NCBI GenBank assembly: GCA_000708835.1
Contig: DF237056.1
Coordinates: 134,166 to 198,165 of the forward strand
Source: Klebsormidium nitens
Lineage: Eukaryota > Plantae > Klebsormidiophyceae
DNA length: 64,000 nt
Direction of reading: 5' to 3'
Shown here: piece by piece, positions 45,089-57,269 of the stretch
Numbering within the stretch: the first letter of the stretch is position 1
Layout: every line of letters begins with the position of its first letter
Notes under the pieces: generated by a model
What the model was told of the DNA's origin: nothing
The model's input: the letters and a program-made list of their open reading frames with translations, nothing else
Databases searched by the model: none
Translations under genes and position numbers: made by a program

Positions 45089-46471
45089 AGGCTTACGTAC
45101 AACATTCTTTGGTTGATAGATAAACTAAATAATCGGTGCACGATATTATTGGTTTGTGACGGTGGTTCGTAGAGAAAAAGTTGATTCCGGAAGAAATAGA
45201 CCTTAATCCTTGCTTATACAAAGGACAGCTGTAATAGCTGTAACAATTGAAGTTTCGTCGGAATGGTATAATGATGATCCTTTGGATTTTTGTATCCTCA
45301 GTAGAGTGAATATTGCATACTAAACATTGTGGCGCCTCAAGGCAAAAGCATTTTGATTCGAATTGCTATTATGCTGAAGCGAATGAATCGTCTCTTCGAT
45401 CACCTGATAAGAACTTCTTGAAAGCATATTGTGATGTTACTACATGCTGCCCGTGCCCTGTCTGTGAGCTCTTGGTTGTCCATCAATGCGCACCCGAGCA
45501 TCTGTAACATGTACTTCGAGCGGTGCAGAAAACGGACGAAATTTGATGTCACCAGCGCTGCAACCGGGAAAGACAACTCTCCACCTCAAGTTGGCAAACT
45601 TTTAAAAGTAGGCCTGTCAGCCGTAAAGAGACCGTGAATCAGCTTACCAGTAGTGCAAATGATAACGAACTTCGCTTCTTGATCCTTCGCGTCGCTCGCC
45701 CATTTCTGCGTGGTGATTCCTGAAGTGCCGCCAGAATTTGAGCAGAACATTTCAGTTCGTCGTCAAGGTCCGTTCACCAGATGATAGAATTGCATACAAT
45801 TGGATGGATTCAATACATCGATGGACATCAATGTCGAAACTCAGCATTTCTGCATGGGCTCGGGTGCGCTAACTCTAGGCGTACGTAAAGGAGATGTGAC
45901 CCCGCGGATGTGACCATGTCTCGATACAAAATTGTCGCCCTGATTCAGTCGTCACGACCCTGCTGCAGGTCATTACCTTCTACCTATCCCGTGAGGTGCA
46001 TCGTACATCAGGTTCGTGGTTCTGAGTGTACCTTCTGCACCTGCGACACTATCATATGGAAATTCCAGGATCCAGATGAGTTCGATCGACTAGTCTGGAC
46101 TCTGAAGAGTCATGCTCGAACGCGGGCGCCGCCGTCGCGCGCGCCTTGCCCGGCCGGCCGGCGCGCCTTCAGCATGCCTCCGCGTTCCGACACCTGGCAG
46201 ATCTCGAAATCTGCAACCTGCTGCATGGTTTACGTATCTACTTGAACAGCCGACATATGTACAGTATTAAAGGTACGGTAATCCAATGCCGCAGCCCGGC
46301 TTGACTGGTGTGATTATCATGCAAAGTTTGCCATTGCCCGACTGCCGGCTTTCTCATGATCTTCTTCTCAGACCTTCAATAAGTCAACTTCCTGGCTCCT
46401 TCAGAGCAGCCGCTGAGACTCGTACGAGATTGCCCACACCGCTCTGAAAGAAACGTGGGGTGGAGTCCATC

Positions 46472-48366
46472 ATGGCTAGTGGAGGTGCCGTCCAGGAGAA
46501 GATGCAGCACATGAAGGTGGGTTTCTCGTAACCTTCTAAGGCAGCTTGATATTGCTTGATGTGATTGAAGCATGCAGCTCTTCTTGACTGCCAGGAACAG
46601 TTGAGAACGCAATAAGAATATCGTGAGCGGTTGTGAGCTGAGTGCAAATAGATCAAAAAGATTGTTTACAGTGGTTCGGTTTAGTGGTCCTTGCATGCAC
46701 CGTTGGAAGGCGTACTCTAATCTGCTTCCCATGCAATTATTATGGCAGCACTTATACGTACACCCACCCTAGTTCATCCTTGTTCGACATTTTGGCTCTG
46801 ATGGTAGCAGTGGTTTTGAAAGAAGATTCTTCTATGCCATGAGTAGGCAAGGATTTTGCCGAAATTCGAATTGCAGCACCAACATTACATATCGTTTGAG
46901 CAAGTAAGAGAATCTTAGACGGGAGGCGCCGCTTTTGTCGAGCTGGCAATCTTACTTGCAGCTAATGATTGAATCCTGAAGGCCCAACCCTGGTCGAAGA
47001 CAGAAAATTCGAATGTTAGAACGGTAAGCAGCGCTGATTTGTGCAGGAGGGCGCCAAGGAAACGATGAAGAAAGCAACGCATCCATTCGACACCCACAAG
47101 AAGGCGGAAGATCATGGCCAGGCTGAGGCTGCCAAGGCTCAGGCTACCAATGCCCGGGAGGAAAGGAACATGCAGCGAGCAGAGGGGCAACATCAACCGA
47201 ATCAGGTGCACTAAACAGACATGTTGATGGTGTGAATCTGGCTTGCTCTCTTATTTTTGATTGACGCCGACAAGCGAGGGCAAAGGCAGACGTGTTGCCA
47301 GCTCAATTGTCACACATCTCGGGTTTCAGCACTTGCCAAAGCCTTTTGAACCAAAACACACTGGTTTTCCCAAACGGCCTTGTCGCCAGGAGTAGTCTGC
47401 GCTTCCAAGTCCTGAAATCCTCGTTCCAAAGACCTGGGAAGCGGGGAAGTCGCTTGTGCCCCTCGGAAAAGCTCGAAATTCTTTGCAATTCCGTTTTCGA
47501 GGTGGACCGCGGCGACAGAGCTTCTTCTTTTGAAAGATTTGTTCTTCTGCGCTCCTCCCCGCTCGATCTCGAAGATCCCCTGAGAAGCGGACGAAGATGA
47601 CGTTATTGAGCTTTTCTGTCCGTACTTGGGTTTGCGAGAGTCGCCTTTTACGAGCTTTCGACTTCAGCGGAGCACCTCTGCAAAAGTACATCTCCCCTTG
47701 AGTCCATAAGCCGACATCGTTTAACGGAAACTCGGACGGCTTTGACTGCAGGAAAGGAGTTTCGGGACTGGGGGGTCCAATCCTCCTACCGTAGCGGGGG
47801 AGAATACCAACACGTCTCAAGGTACGTAGTGTGGCTGAAAGCCTGTTCACCGATCTAGTTTTGCACCCCTCGATAGCCAGGGAGAATCGACATTGCGATT
47901 GAAATCTGGGGTTGATCAGTCGAACCACCAATCACAAACCTTGCTTTGAGCACCTGAAGCCTGTCACGTGGTAGTGATCCGTTCAATCCTTGTTGAAAAC
48001 GTCGCTTTCAGTCTCCAGATTTCGCTCTGTCACTTGAAAAGCTAGGAATCTGGGTCAATTCGCGCTGTTCTCGGTTGGATTGTAGAGGGATAGCCGTTCT
48101 TCACGCTTGGACACTCCCATTGGTGAAACGGGGTCTTTCTTCGTGCAGGCGACCCTTCTGCCCGGGACCCAGCAACCAGCCCGGAGATCGAGGCCGAGAC
48201 GTACCAACCGAGCAGCCTCGATCAGCCGAGCGGAGGCGTGAAGGGGGCGGTAAAAAAGGCAGTCAATAAGCTAACCCCGGGGGACGGGATTGCGGGCCCG
48301 AACGCGGCGATGACGGAAGGGTCAGGGCCAAGTTCGGCGATGGGGTCCAATGGGAATGTAGCATGA
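46472..48366 (+). CDS. LEA-like hydrophilin B, tandem paralogue of A, ~163 aa, 4 exons
   Basis: Exons 46472-46516, 47047-47205, 47752-47821 and 48149-48366. Shares EKMQHMK|E.AKET.KK.THPF and K.TPG.G with gene A, plus identical intron phases (0,0,1) and an identical 159-nt exon 2. Confidence 0.75.
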
Positions 48367-49784
48367 GTAACGGTTTGGTCTTAAGTAGAACGCCTGAGCG
48401 GCCGAGAGCATTGGATCTAGATTCGAAGCTATACATCGTTCACGATTGCAAACCTGAAGTCAACCTCCCTTTACAAAGTGTTAGTGGTAGATGCCGATCC
48501 TGAAGCTCGAGAGCAATATGATTAAATAGATGATTTCCAGGTATTGTCAATTGTCAGGAACGGGGATTCCAACTCGATGCCTCAGAAATAACCCCATTGT
48601 CGGATTCGCGAGGTATAAGCGCGAGAACGGTCGAATCACTGCCGACTCATTCGATCAGATTCTAGCTTTTGTCTTGGACTCCCTAGCTAGCATTCATAGA
48701 TTCCGACATTCCGGCCGATGCTCCTTTCTCACTGCTTGACGAATAAAAGGTTCTTTGAGTCTGCTTGTACTAGTGCAAGCAGCAAGCATCAAGTCATATT
48801 TACCGTATGCCATATGTTCCACTGAGATGAGTTTGAATGACTTGTCGCCTGCCAGGTGTCAATAAGTACTCCGCTCCAATTGGACTGCATTGGTCAGCCA
48901 TTGGCGTCCATTTCTTCAAGGCGCACAACTCAGGAATTTAAACCTTTCTGCATCGGCCGATCTTATTTCCTACGCTTCATGGCGAGTCTGTTTCGGAAAG
49001 TGCTTACACCCGGAATATGTTGATGACTTGCGCATATACGTCGAGCGGTGCAGCGGCACATACTGTACATTAAACTGCACTGAGTCATCAACACACTTTG
49101 ACAAATTATATGGTCAAGACGTGTACGTATCAGTAAACATTCTGTGGGTCGAGCTCGTTTCGTGTATCGACCATCACGTCGGATAAGATCATGCCGCTTG
49201 GCCGTTGAAGCGAGTCTATTCGAGGTGTCTGTCTTCGAGAGGCAAACTTACACTTTGTGTCGCCTCTGTCTAAGAGCAAGAGTACCTTGATCTTCCAGCG
49301 CCTCTTCAAGCAAAGAGCAGCGGTTGCTTCGTTTGCCGGTGGTACTCAACGGCGCTTTGCAGTTGACGTTTAAGAAATAGTTCATAATCTAGATGAGGTC
49401 TCGCACATGAGACGTTCCAAAGGTCAAAAAAATTCCGCACATAAGCCGGCATGCAGAAAAAAGTTCGATGTTCCTGAGACCTCGAAGAGGATTTGTGCTT
49501 ACGAAGTGAATGATCTCATTGCTCTCGAAGAGCGAGGAAAGGTTTCACTATCCCACCTCCAGTATGGTACAGACTACCGCTTCCTAGTGCGTTTATCTTG
49601 ATCAGAGCCGTGCACCTACCTTTGCAGGAGCTAGACTGTACGTTTCACCAGCAATAACTTCGAGACCTGCTGCTAATCATTACCTCTTACGATCGCTTCT
49701 CACTTGTGGGCTTTCTAAAGACCCGACCCGTGCTTAACCACCCGGAATCCTGCAGGGTTCTACCCATCGTACATGCCGTCACGA

Positions 49785-52700
49785 TTACCTGGCGCTTCTA
49801 GGATGTTGCGTCATTCCGCTACCTCCGGCCCGTTTGCCTTTGATCGTACCTTCGACCGTGTTCTTGGAACCCACCCGGTAACCCGTGCTGGTTATCCGGG
49901 GGTCGTACTCGCCGGGACCGGGGCCTTGATAAGCTGCACCAAAAGGTTGGGAAACTTGGGAACAGATTGCGCTGTATTCGGCGTGCGTGCCCAAAATTCA
50001 ACGTTGGTTCTGCCGCTCCGTCTCTCTGACGGGAAAGTGGGCCGCTGGTATCATTGAGTCGCTAGGCAGCGTTTTTTGGAAAAAGGTACCTTTTAGAGGC
50101 CACCGTGACCACCTGATAGGACTTGCTATCCAAAAGTGTGGTGCCGCTACAGCCTCGCTTCTGCAGAGTTGCTGCCGGCTTAAGTGACCCTTCAGAAAGT
50201 GAAGTACGCTCCGCCACTCACTTAGCTTAGCTCGAAGAACCCACTCCTCAGCACAACGGTAACATGTCAAGATCGGATGTCTTCAACCCGAAAAGGGACT
50301 GCTTCGAGTTTTTCGTGCATACCTGGACTTAAGGGCACTCGAGACTTCAAAGTGAAGCCCGCTTTCCGCGAGGAGCTCTGGGGTGAATACGCCCCTGGCC
50401 CCGGTACCGCATGCCCGGCGCCTATTTTGATCGAGGGTCTTCCTCCTAAGCTGAAAGCCGGCCCGTCTCCTTTCTTTTGTGACCCGGTAACCGGGGGTGA
50501 ATACGCCCCTGGCCCAGGCGCACGATCGACAGCTGCGAAAGGAAGAGGGATATTCTCAGTGTTGGCAGGTTTCGGAAGTATTTCGGATTGAAAACGAAAA
50601 CATGGAACCCTTTTACTGAGCAAGGTGACGTCACGTTAAATCCTCTCATATTCGTCAAAAACATCGTTGTAGCAGTGGGCGGTTCGCGAGGCCACCAAAG
50701 GCCAGCGCGTTCGTGATAAGCAAAACACCACCTCTCACACTCTTCTCAAACGTTGAAATGAGAGGAGCTTTTAAGGTGAAGGGAACAAGATTCCAAGCAA
50801 AGAGGCAAAGACTATAAGCAGTATATCGGTCTGAGTGATAGAGTTCTCAAAGTTTGTAAGATAGAATCCTGCCCTTATGAGAAGAACGAGAGGGACACCC
50901 TGAGAGGGAGTCCCTGTCGAGCTCTTACCTGCGGTTTTCCGCGGCTTTCCCTTTATCGAGAACTTCGGACTTGTCGTGGAAGCGACCGGGTCATACGCCC
51001 CGGGCCCTGGCGGCGCGGCCAGCGCCGACCCAGAAGATTCTACCCGAGCACCAAAGCTGAAGCCGCCGTTTCCACTAGGACCGGCCGGGCTGTACGCCCC
51101 GGGACCCGGACCCTCAGCCGCTGAGAGAAAACAGTCAAGTTGAGCTCCCTTACTTAGGGACGTCCTAGTGGGGAATTAGCCATTAAAGCCGCGGATAAGG
51201 TTGTATCCGAAAAGGCTTCATGTATTGAACCGGGCTATAAGATGTTCGCTGCTTTCGAGAACGGATTCCACCCGGGCGCCGACGTTTCCAAGAGAACTGA
51301 CCGGGCTGTAGGCCCCTGGTTCGGGACCCTCAGCCGCTGAGGGGAACAGAGTTGGCTCAGTAAGCAAAGCCATTTGATAGATTGTTTTAGCAATGTACCT
51401 AAGGAAGCGGGTGGGAACGTGGTCTCAGGAAATGCATGCATTGATTGCGGCAGGAAGAAAGGCTGGCTGCTTCGGAAGGAACATTTTCACCGAGCACCAA
51501 AGCTGAAGCCACTGTTTGCACTGGGACCGGCCCGGCTGTAGGGCCCCGGGCCCGCAGCCGCTGATTAAATCAATTGGCTAGTCTCAAAGATCAGTTTTCA
51601 AACCTACGTCCTCAAGGTAGCTAAAGAACAAGGGGAAGCCGGAGGAAAAGGTGGTGAGTCGTTGAGTTTGGCTGTTTATTGCGCTCGTTTGCCACGAGAG
51701 TCAGACAGTAAAGTCCGGATCCAACAGTTCGGTCGCTGCACGACGCTTTCGCTGCCACGAGTTACGGATTCGCTCTCTGATTCATAGTCAACTATAAGGC
51801 ACTCTATTGCAAGCTTCACTCCTTTCTGTACTCGTTTGCAGAATTCTCCCGCAGACTGTGGTAACGTGCAACGAACGCGGCGTCAGTGAGTTGCGGTGAT
51901 GTGTCCTACCGGTGCTCGTTTTCGGGCGAGACTTCAGCGACACCCCAGGCGCGCTCGTCCGTGGCCGGGTCGCCACGTCGTAGTGGCCAGGACCCGGGGT
52001 GTCCGCCCCGGGCGCCAGCCTCCGTTCGCTCAGCCGCCCACTTATGCTGTAGCCCTTATTGCCCCGATAGCTGTCCGGGGAGTACGCACCGGGGCCGGGG
52101 TTTTCGTCGGGCCGTGCTGCACAGGACATTTTCGCCATTTGAGCCTGCCGGCTTTTTGACAAGGGGATACGTTCTCCTTTCTGTTATTCTGGTGTTCTCT
52201 TTAATGTGGTCTGTACGGCCACTCTTCAACGCAGCGCTGAGTATCCTTAACCTACCAAGCTTCCGGTCTGCTAGCTCTCTCAACCCACAGTTTACGGTGC
52301 GCGTGGTGACGGGATAGAGAGACCGCCGAAGAAAGCAAAGAAATCCGCAGTAATGGCAGCGGGGTTCGTCTTTCTCGTCTTTGATGAAACGCAAAGTCTA
52401 ATCCTTCCGATACGCTTTGTATTCATTTATTCACAGGGAGACGGCGGGCTCACCATTCTAAGAGCTTGTCACTCATTGTCTAGGCTCACAGCAATCGAGC
52501 ACGGGTCACAGTTTGGGGCAACCCTCACCTGTGCTTGGTCTCGTCCTACTAGTGATGCTAAACCCCTTTTTCGCACCCGGTAGCCTCGGCGAATACGCCC
52601 CCGGCCCGGGCATATCGTACGGTTTATCTTTCTGGGGGTGCCGGAACTGCAGCGAGAAGCCCCCCACGGAACGTATTTTGGGGTCGTATGCCCCCGGCCC

Positions 52701-55700
52701 TGGGACGCGCGCGCTCTGCGCGCGCACAGGTTGTCTCGACTTGATGGAGAAGGCCGGGCCGTTGGAAGGCGTCTGGGGGTCGTACTCTCCTGGGCCCGGG
52801 TTGGCGGAACCAGCTGCAAATACGGTTAAGGCTAACTTCAAATAAGTATCCTGATGACAGCTACCTTTCTTTTGAGTCTCCGGTGAGTTGGAAGGCTTGA
52901 CTCCCCGAAACTTTGCAGAATGTTGAGAGATAGTGTTGGCCTTGACAATGCTTTGGAATTAGTCCAATGCCCTATTTGAGAAAGGCTTCACAACGCAACA
53001 GAAAGAGAGTCGACTCTCTCTCTAAACGCACTCTTACCGTTAGAATCGAAGACTACTGTTGTACCCGTCTGTATGCTTAAGAAAGTCGTTGGCTTTCAGA
53101 CCAATCATATCAGGCCACCAAAACCTGGCCCTCTTAAAGATCAATTTACGACTCACGTGATCTCGGCTCTTCCCTTCCGTTCGTCGCCAGCGAGATCCCC
53201 CTCTGAGAAGCCAACGACCTGCTGACGTCATAAGCGGCAGGGCCCGGCCCGTCCGCTATTCCGTTTCCGTTCGGGTGCCTCGACGAGAGAGAAAAGGCGG
53301 GCCCGCGGAACGTGTTCCGGGGTGAATAAGCCCCGGGTCCCGGAATGTCTCCGGCCGTTTTGGGCCGGGTGCCGATTCTGCTCGAGAGAGAGAACCGGGG
53401 GCCCTGAGAGGAAGTGCTCGGGTCGTACTCGCCGGGGCCGGGGCTGTTGTCGGGGGGGCCACCTGGAGCGGAAAATAGCCCCCCTGTGAGGAAGTGCCGA
53501 ATCTGCGTTGCCTTCTACTTTGACAGAAGTACTGGGGTGCTGGCGCTCATCTTCGAGGTGAAATACTTCGTCGAGACGTCGAACGCTAACGAAAGTATGA
53601 GTAGACTCTAGAAGGAAGAATGTAATTCTGGAAGAGTGTATGGTGATTGTTTGAAAGCCGCGGGGGCAACTCAACTTGACTTTGCGGAACGTCACGCGCT
53701 CGCTTTGTTTCATGCCAGTCTTGCAAAGTGCTTCCCACGTTGCCAGCCACAGTGCGCTCCCCTAACGGCGGAATGTTTACGATCAAAGTCCGTCTTTTCA
53801 GGGCAATAAAGAGGACCACTTAGACGCCTACAATCTACGATGGCAGGTCAGGCAAAGCAGAATTCCAGCAGAATTTCAAGAGAGTCACCTATTTTCGTCC
53901 GGCTCTTGAGCGTGACCCCTCCCCCTTTTCGCAGAAACTGCGGGGTGTAAGCGCCCGGCCCCGGCCCCTCCTTGCTGGACGTCGTCTCCGTTTTGCTGCG
54001 GCCTTTGATTGAAAACGCGGGGCCCGAAACCTTTGCCTTTGGGTCGTACGCCCCCGGACCGGGAGCGTCGGAACCTGTCAAAGACGACCACGTGTCAGCA
54101 TGGCTAGAAGCTTCGGATCCAGACGGAAAGCATCAAGATGGTAATTTCTGCATGCAAGTGCAAGCGGTTTCTGGCGGGCCCATGACTAGGAGTCGGACCA
54201 AGAAAGCTTGACTAGGAGCTCTCATCTTCAGCTTGAGGCTCCAGAGTAATCACGGAATAATGAACGTGCAGCACTCCCTTCTGCAATCTACTAAATCTTC
54301 TTTTGTGGTTGCTAACCCGTTCTGACTGCGGTAAAAGGGCCAAGGTCGAAGCAGCAAGGCACAAAGGAGCAATCCTAGTCGCCTGTTTTGAAGGAGTGAA
54401 GTCTTACCTGCTTTCAGTCCCCGTTTGGAAGTCCCCAGCACTATCCCTCGACTCGAGCTGGCCCCATTCACATCGTACGCCCCAGGCCCCGGGGTCTTTT
54501 CCCGGCCAGTCGTTTCTACCCGGCCACCAAAGGAAAAGGCGGGGGAGCTCAGGCGGAGGGCAGTCACCGAGTAGTCGGCGGGAGAGGGGCCGGAAGAGTC
54601 GCCTGTGAGAGATGGCAAAGGCACGTGCGGTTTGTAGAAATTGCAAGTGCTGATGTAAGCAAAGTCACTTTATAATGTAGGCATTCTGGATAGAGCTGAC
54701 CTGGAGCGCACATTGATCGGACAAAGTTAAGAGTCAGCACAAGATAGTGCTGCACTTCCCAATCGCCATGACCATGTAACGGCATAAGCTATATGTTAGC
54801 GGTAATGTTGTGGTTGATATTTTCACTCTGGTGCGCTTGGTAAAAGACAGACCGGATATCCTGTCTCGAAGGAAGGCTCAAGAGCTTCTCGTACTGGTGC
54901 TCCTAGTGCTAGGGTGTCTGATAGCTGAGTAAGCCATTGAGACGTGCCGAACATTCACTTCACAAATTTTTTCAAAAGGCTGCGCGCATCTGTCGGGTTT
55001 GATGGCGGCCTACCATGCTTCACTTTGCTCTTCCCTGCAAGGGTGAACGCTGGCGTGCTATTCTTGGTGGCCACGTTGTAAGCCCCTGGTCCTGGAACCT
55101 CTGAGAAGGCTGCACAGGAGGCAGGGAAAGACCTTGGAATCTAGTCAAGATGGGGTTGCCGCTTGCGCAGGTGGGCAGATTTTACCACGCATCTGCTGTC
55201 GCCTCCTGCATGCATCCTTTGCAGATGATGCTTTACCAAGCAATGAATGTCGTTTGGTAAACTTGCCATTGAACCAGGGCTTTTTAACCCAGGAATAGTC
55301 AGAACGTTGGTCGTTTGGTAAGGTTGTCGTTGAATCCAGGGCGTTTTGACCCACGTTTAGTCAGAACGACATTTGAACAAAGGTACATTTCAGTTGAGCT
55401 GGTAAACTCTGCGGTAATCACCAAGACAGCCGGTTTTGTAGCGGCTCAGCCTATCTTCATCAAGGTCGATTGTGTTACATTAGTGTTAGGTATGGTCCTT
55501 AATTCGCTCTTTTACTCCAGCACTCAACTCAAACCAAGGTCAGCCGCTATTGTGTGGCACTGTCAAAGAAAAGAAGTCATTCAAATGAGCCTTGGGTGTC
55601 ATTTTTGTGAGAGAAGACACTGCTAGTGCTAGTGACGAGAGAGCCTATGGACAGCAACTCGAGCTGAGATGCTGCAAGCACTTAAGTGTGATCAACAAAA

Positions 55701-56000
55701 GACCCTGGATGCTTTTACCATCAACAAGGACTCTGTCAGCAGATGATGTACAGCATTTAGAGCTTCGCAAAGCTGGTGACCAATTGGTAGGCCAAGGTGC
55801 GCTTTCCTTTTTTCTGAAGTCCACGGGTGCTTTCATAGTGCTACAAGCAGGAAGAATACACCTCAAGTGCACCCAGCAGACAACTGAACAGCGGCAAAGA
55901 TCTCGAAAGCTACCGGTAATGTCAGGTAATTACCTCTTCTTTCCCCGGGCCTGCCTCCAAATGAAAATGCAGGCGCATCCATATCCCTCTTTGGGTCCAT
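49785..56000 (-). CDS. SHIPPO-1/ODF3/STPG-type PG-rich repeat protein (about 18 PGPGAY-type repeats), ~630 aa, 10 exons
   Basis: Exons 56000-55934, 55109-55014, 54602-54408, 54074-53889, 53462-53157, 52813-52529, 52116-51910, 51120-50929, 50532-50323 and 49933-49785 join in frame. The recurring unit is (P)GPG[AE]Y[SD]P...GP[AK]FS[IL]xGR. The exact termini are less certain than the core. Confidence 0.88.
51218..51563 (-). pseudogene. Two degenerate duplicate copies of the acceptor and 5' end of SHIPPO-gene exon 8, inside intron 7
   Basis: Minus strand: cag|cggctgcgggcccggggccctacagccgggccggtcccagtgcaaacagtggcttcagctttggtgctcgg (from 51560) and cag|cggctgagggtcccgaaccaggggcctacagcccggtc (from 51336), versus the intact cag|cggctgagggtccgggtcccggggcgtacagcccggccggtcctagtggaaacggcggcttcagctttggtgctcgg (from 51120). 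Both copies run into TGA. Confidence 0.8.
55249..55368. repeat. Degenerate ~59-bp tandem duplication in intron 1 of the SHIPPO-repeat gene
   Basis: gtcgtttggtaaacttgccattgaaccagggctttttaacccaggaatagtcagaacg (55249-55306) versus gtcgtttggtaaggttgtcgttgaatccagggcgttttgacccacgtttagtcagaacg (55310-55368). Confidence 0.8.
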
Positions 56001-57269
56001 TTTTAAGAGCTCCGAAGTACTCTACTCCGGCAATTGAGGCCTGCTGCAGGCTATAGTGTTACATTGCAGATTACCCAACAAGGACACAGCTCAGGCTGCT
56101 CCTAAGGGCAGGTAAAAGGGGCATGTATACGAGGCCCCCCTCCCTTGTAGGTGCCTACGTTACCGCGGTAACTCAATTGAGCAGACTAATGCAGCCTAAT
56201 GATAGTCTTAACATTGGGCCCCAGGGTCTTCCTTGGTCCATATTTTCATCACCATAAATCTCAATAACGAGGTCGTGGTGCAAAGCCTCTGCTCTTCACT
56301 GATCATTGCTCAATTTTGGGCCACCCCTTTACTCGTTTACCAGGACCCCCAAGTCCAGCGCCTTTATAAGCAGGTATGACCTCCCTATTTCCGTCTCTGC
56401 ACCTTCACAGAATGACCCCAGGCTGTCCTACGTCACGACGACTCACTTATTCCAGTAGCAAGTCCGTCTGAACGACTCATCAGCTCAGGACAGAAGTCAA
56501 GTTCAATCCTGACAGTGCGGCATATCCTTGGTAGTGCTATTGCTGCTGCTCTGATACCTGGATACCTTGTTGCAGCTTGTCTTACCTATTCTCCCCAGTA
56601 GCGACGAGTGACTTGCTTTCACAGCAGTCATGCAGGATTCATTGCGACGGCCCTAGTACGTTACTGTTTGCATTTGAACTTCGAGTCTGGGTTCGAAGAA
56701 CCTGCCAGCTTTTGAAGTGGTTGAGGCAGGGTTAAGGCCTAAGGTCTGCTTCTAATTTCAAGCTGATTGACAATGAAGTCCGGTTAGGCACGGTAGCCAC
56801 CACTAGTACTAGGTATAGTCTAGGACTATAGGTCTAGTAGCAGTCACGTCTCAGTATTGTAAATGTGCTGGCTGGGGACACCCGGTTTGATCGCCCTCTT
56901 GCTTCGGAAAGTCAAGTCTGCGCGCGCTGAGAATATAGGAACGCAGAAAACCGTAGATACAGCACGTGGAAGGGGTTTGAGATTCATAGGGTTCGACACC
57001 TGGATTGTGGTCACGCTACCTCGACTTGGAATTTTGCACAATGCAGGCATGCGTCATGAGCTGTGCGAAGGCTGCATTGCGGCCAAGGCGAAGCCAGCTT
57101 GTTGCTGCAACATTTGGTGATTGTCCAGATTAATCACTGCTTGTGGACCCGTCCTACCTAAATGCAGGTCAGCCGACAGATGACGCCTAATGCGGCTGCA
57201 TTTAAACCTAAACTTTATAAAGAGAGCCTCCCAGTTTGACACCTAGTGTTCGTGGTGCAAGCTTCCATC

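Noticed and set aside
45516-49053. Shared 13-mer TCGAGCGGTGCAG downstream of both LEA-like genes
   Set aside because: Flanking sequences do not align convincingly; may be chance or an unresolvable duplication relic.
55145-55872. Candidate extra exons of the SHIPPO gene (55145-55354, 55645-55872)
   Set aside because: They lack PG repeats or have incompatible phase; exon 56000-55934 splices directly in phase to 55109.
56800-56840. Imperfect hairpin TATAGTC-TAG-GACTATA with CTAG motifs (Helitron end?)
   Set aside because: Short, AT-rich stem with no matching 5' TC end or second copy; compatible with chance.
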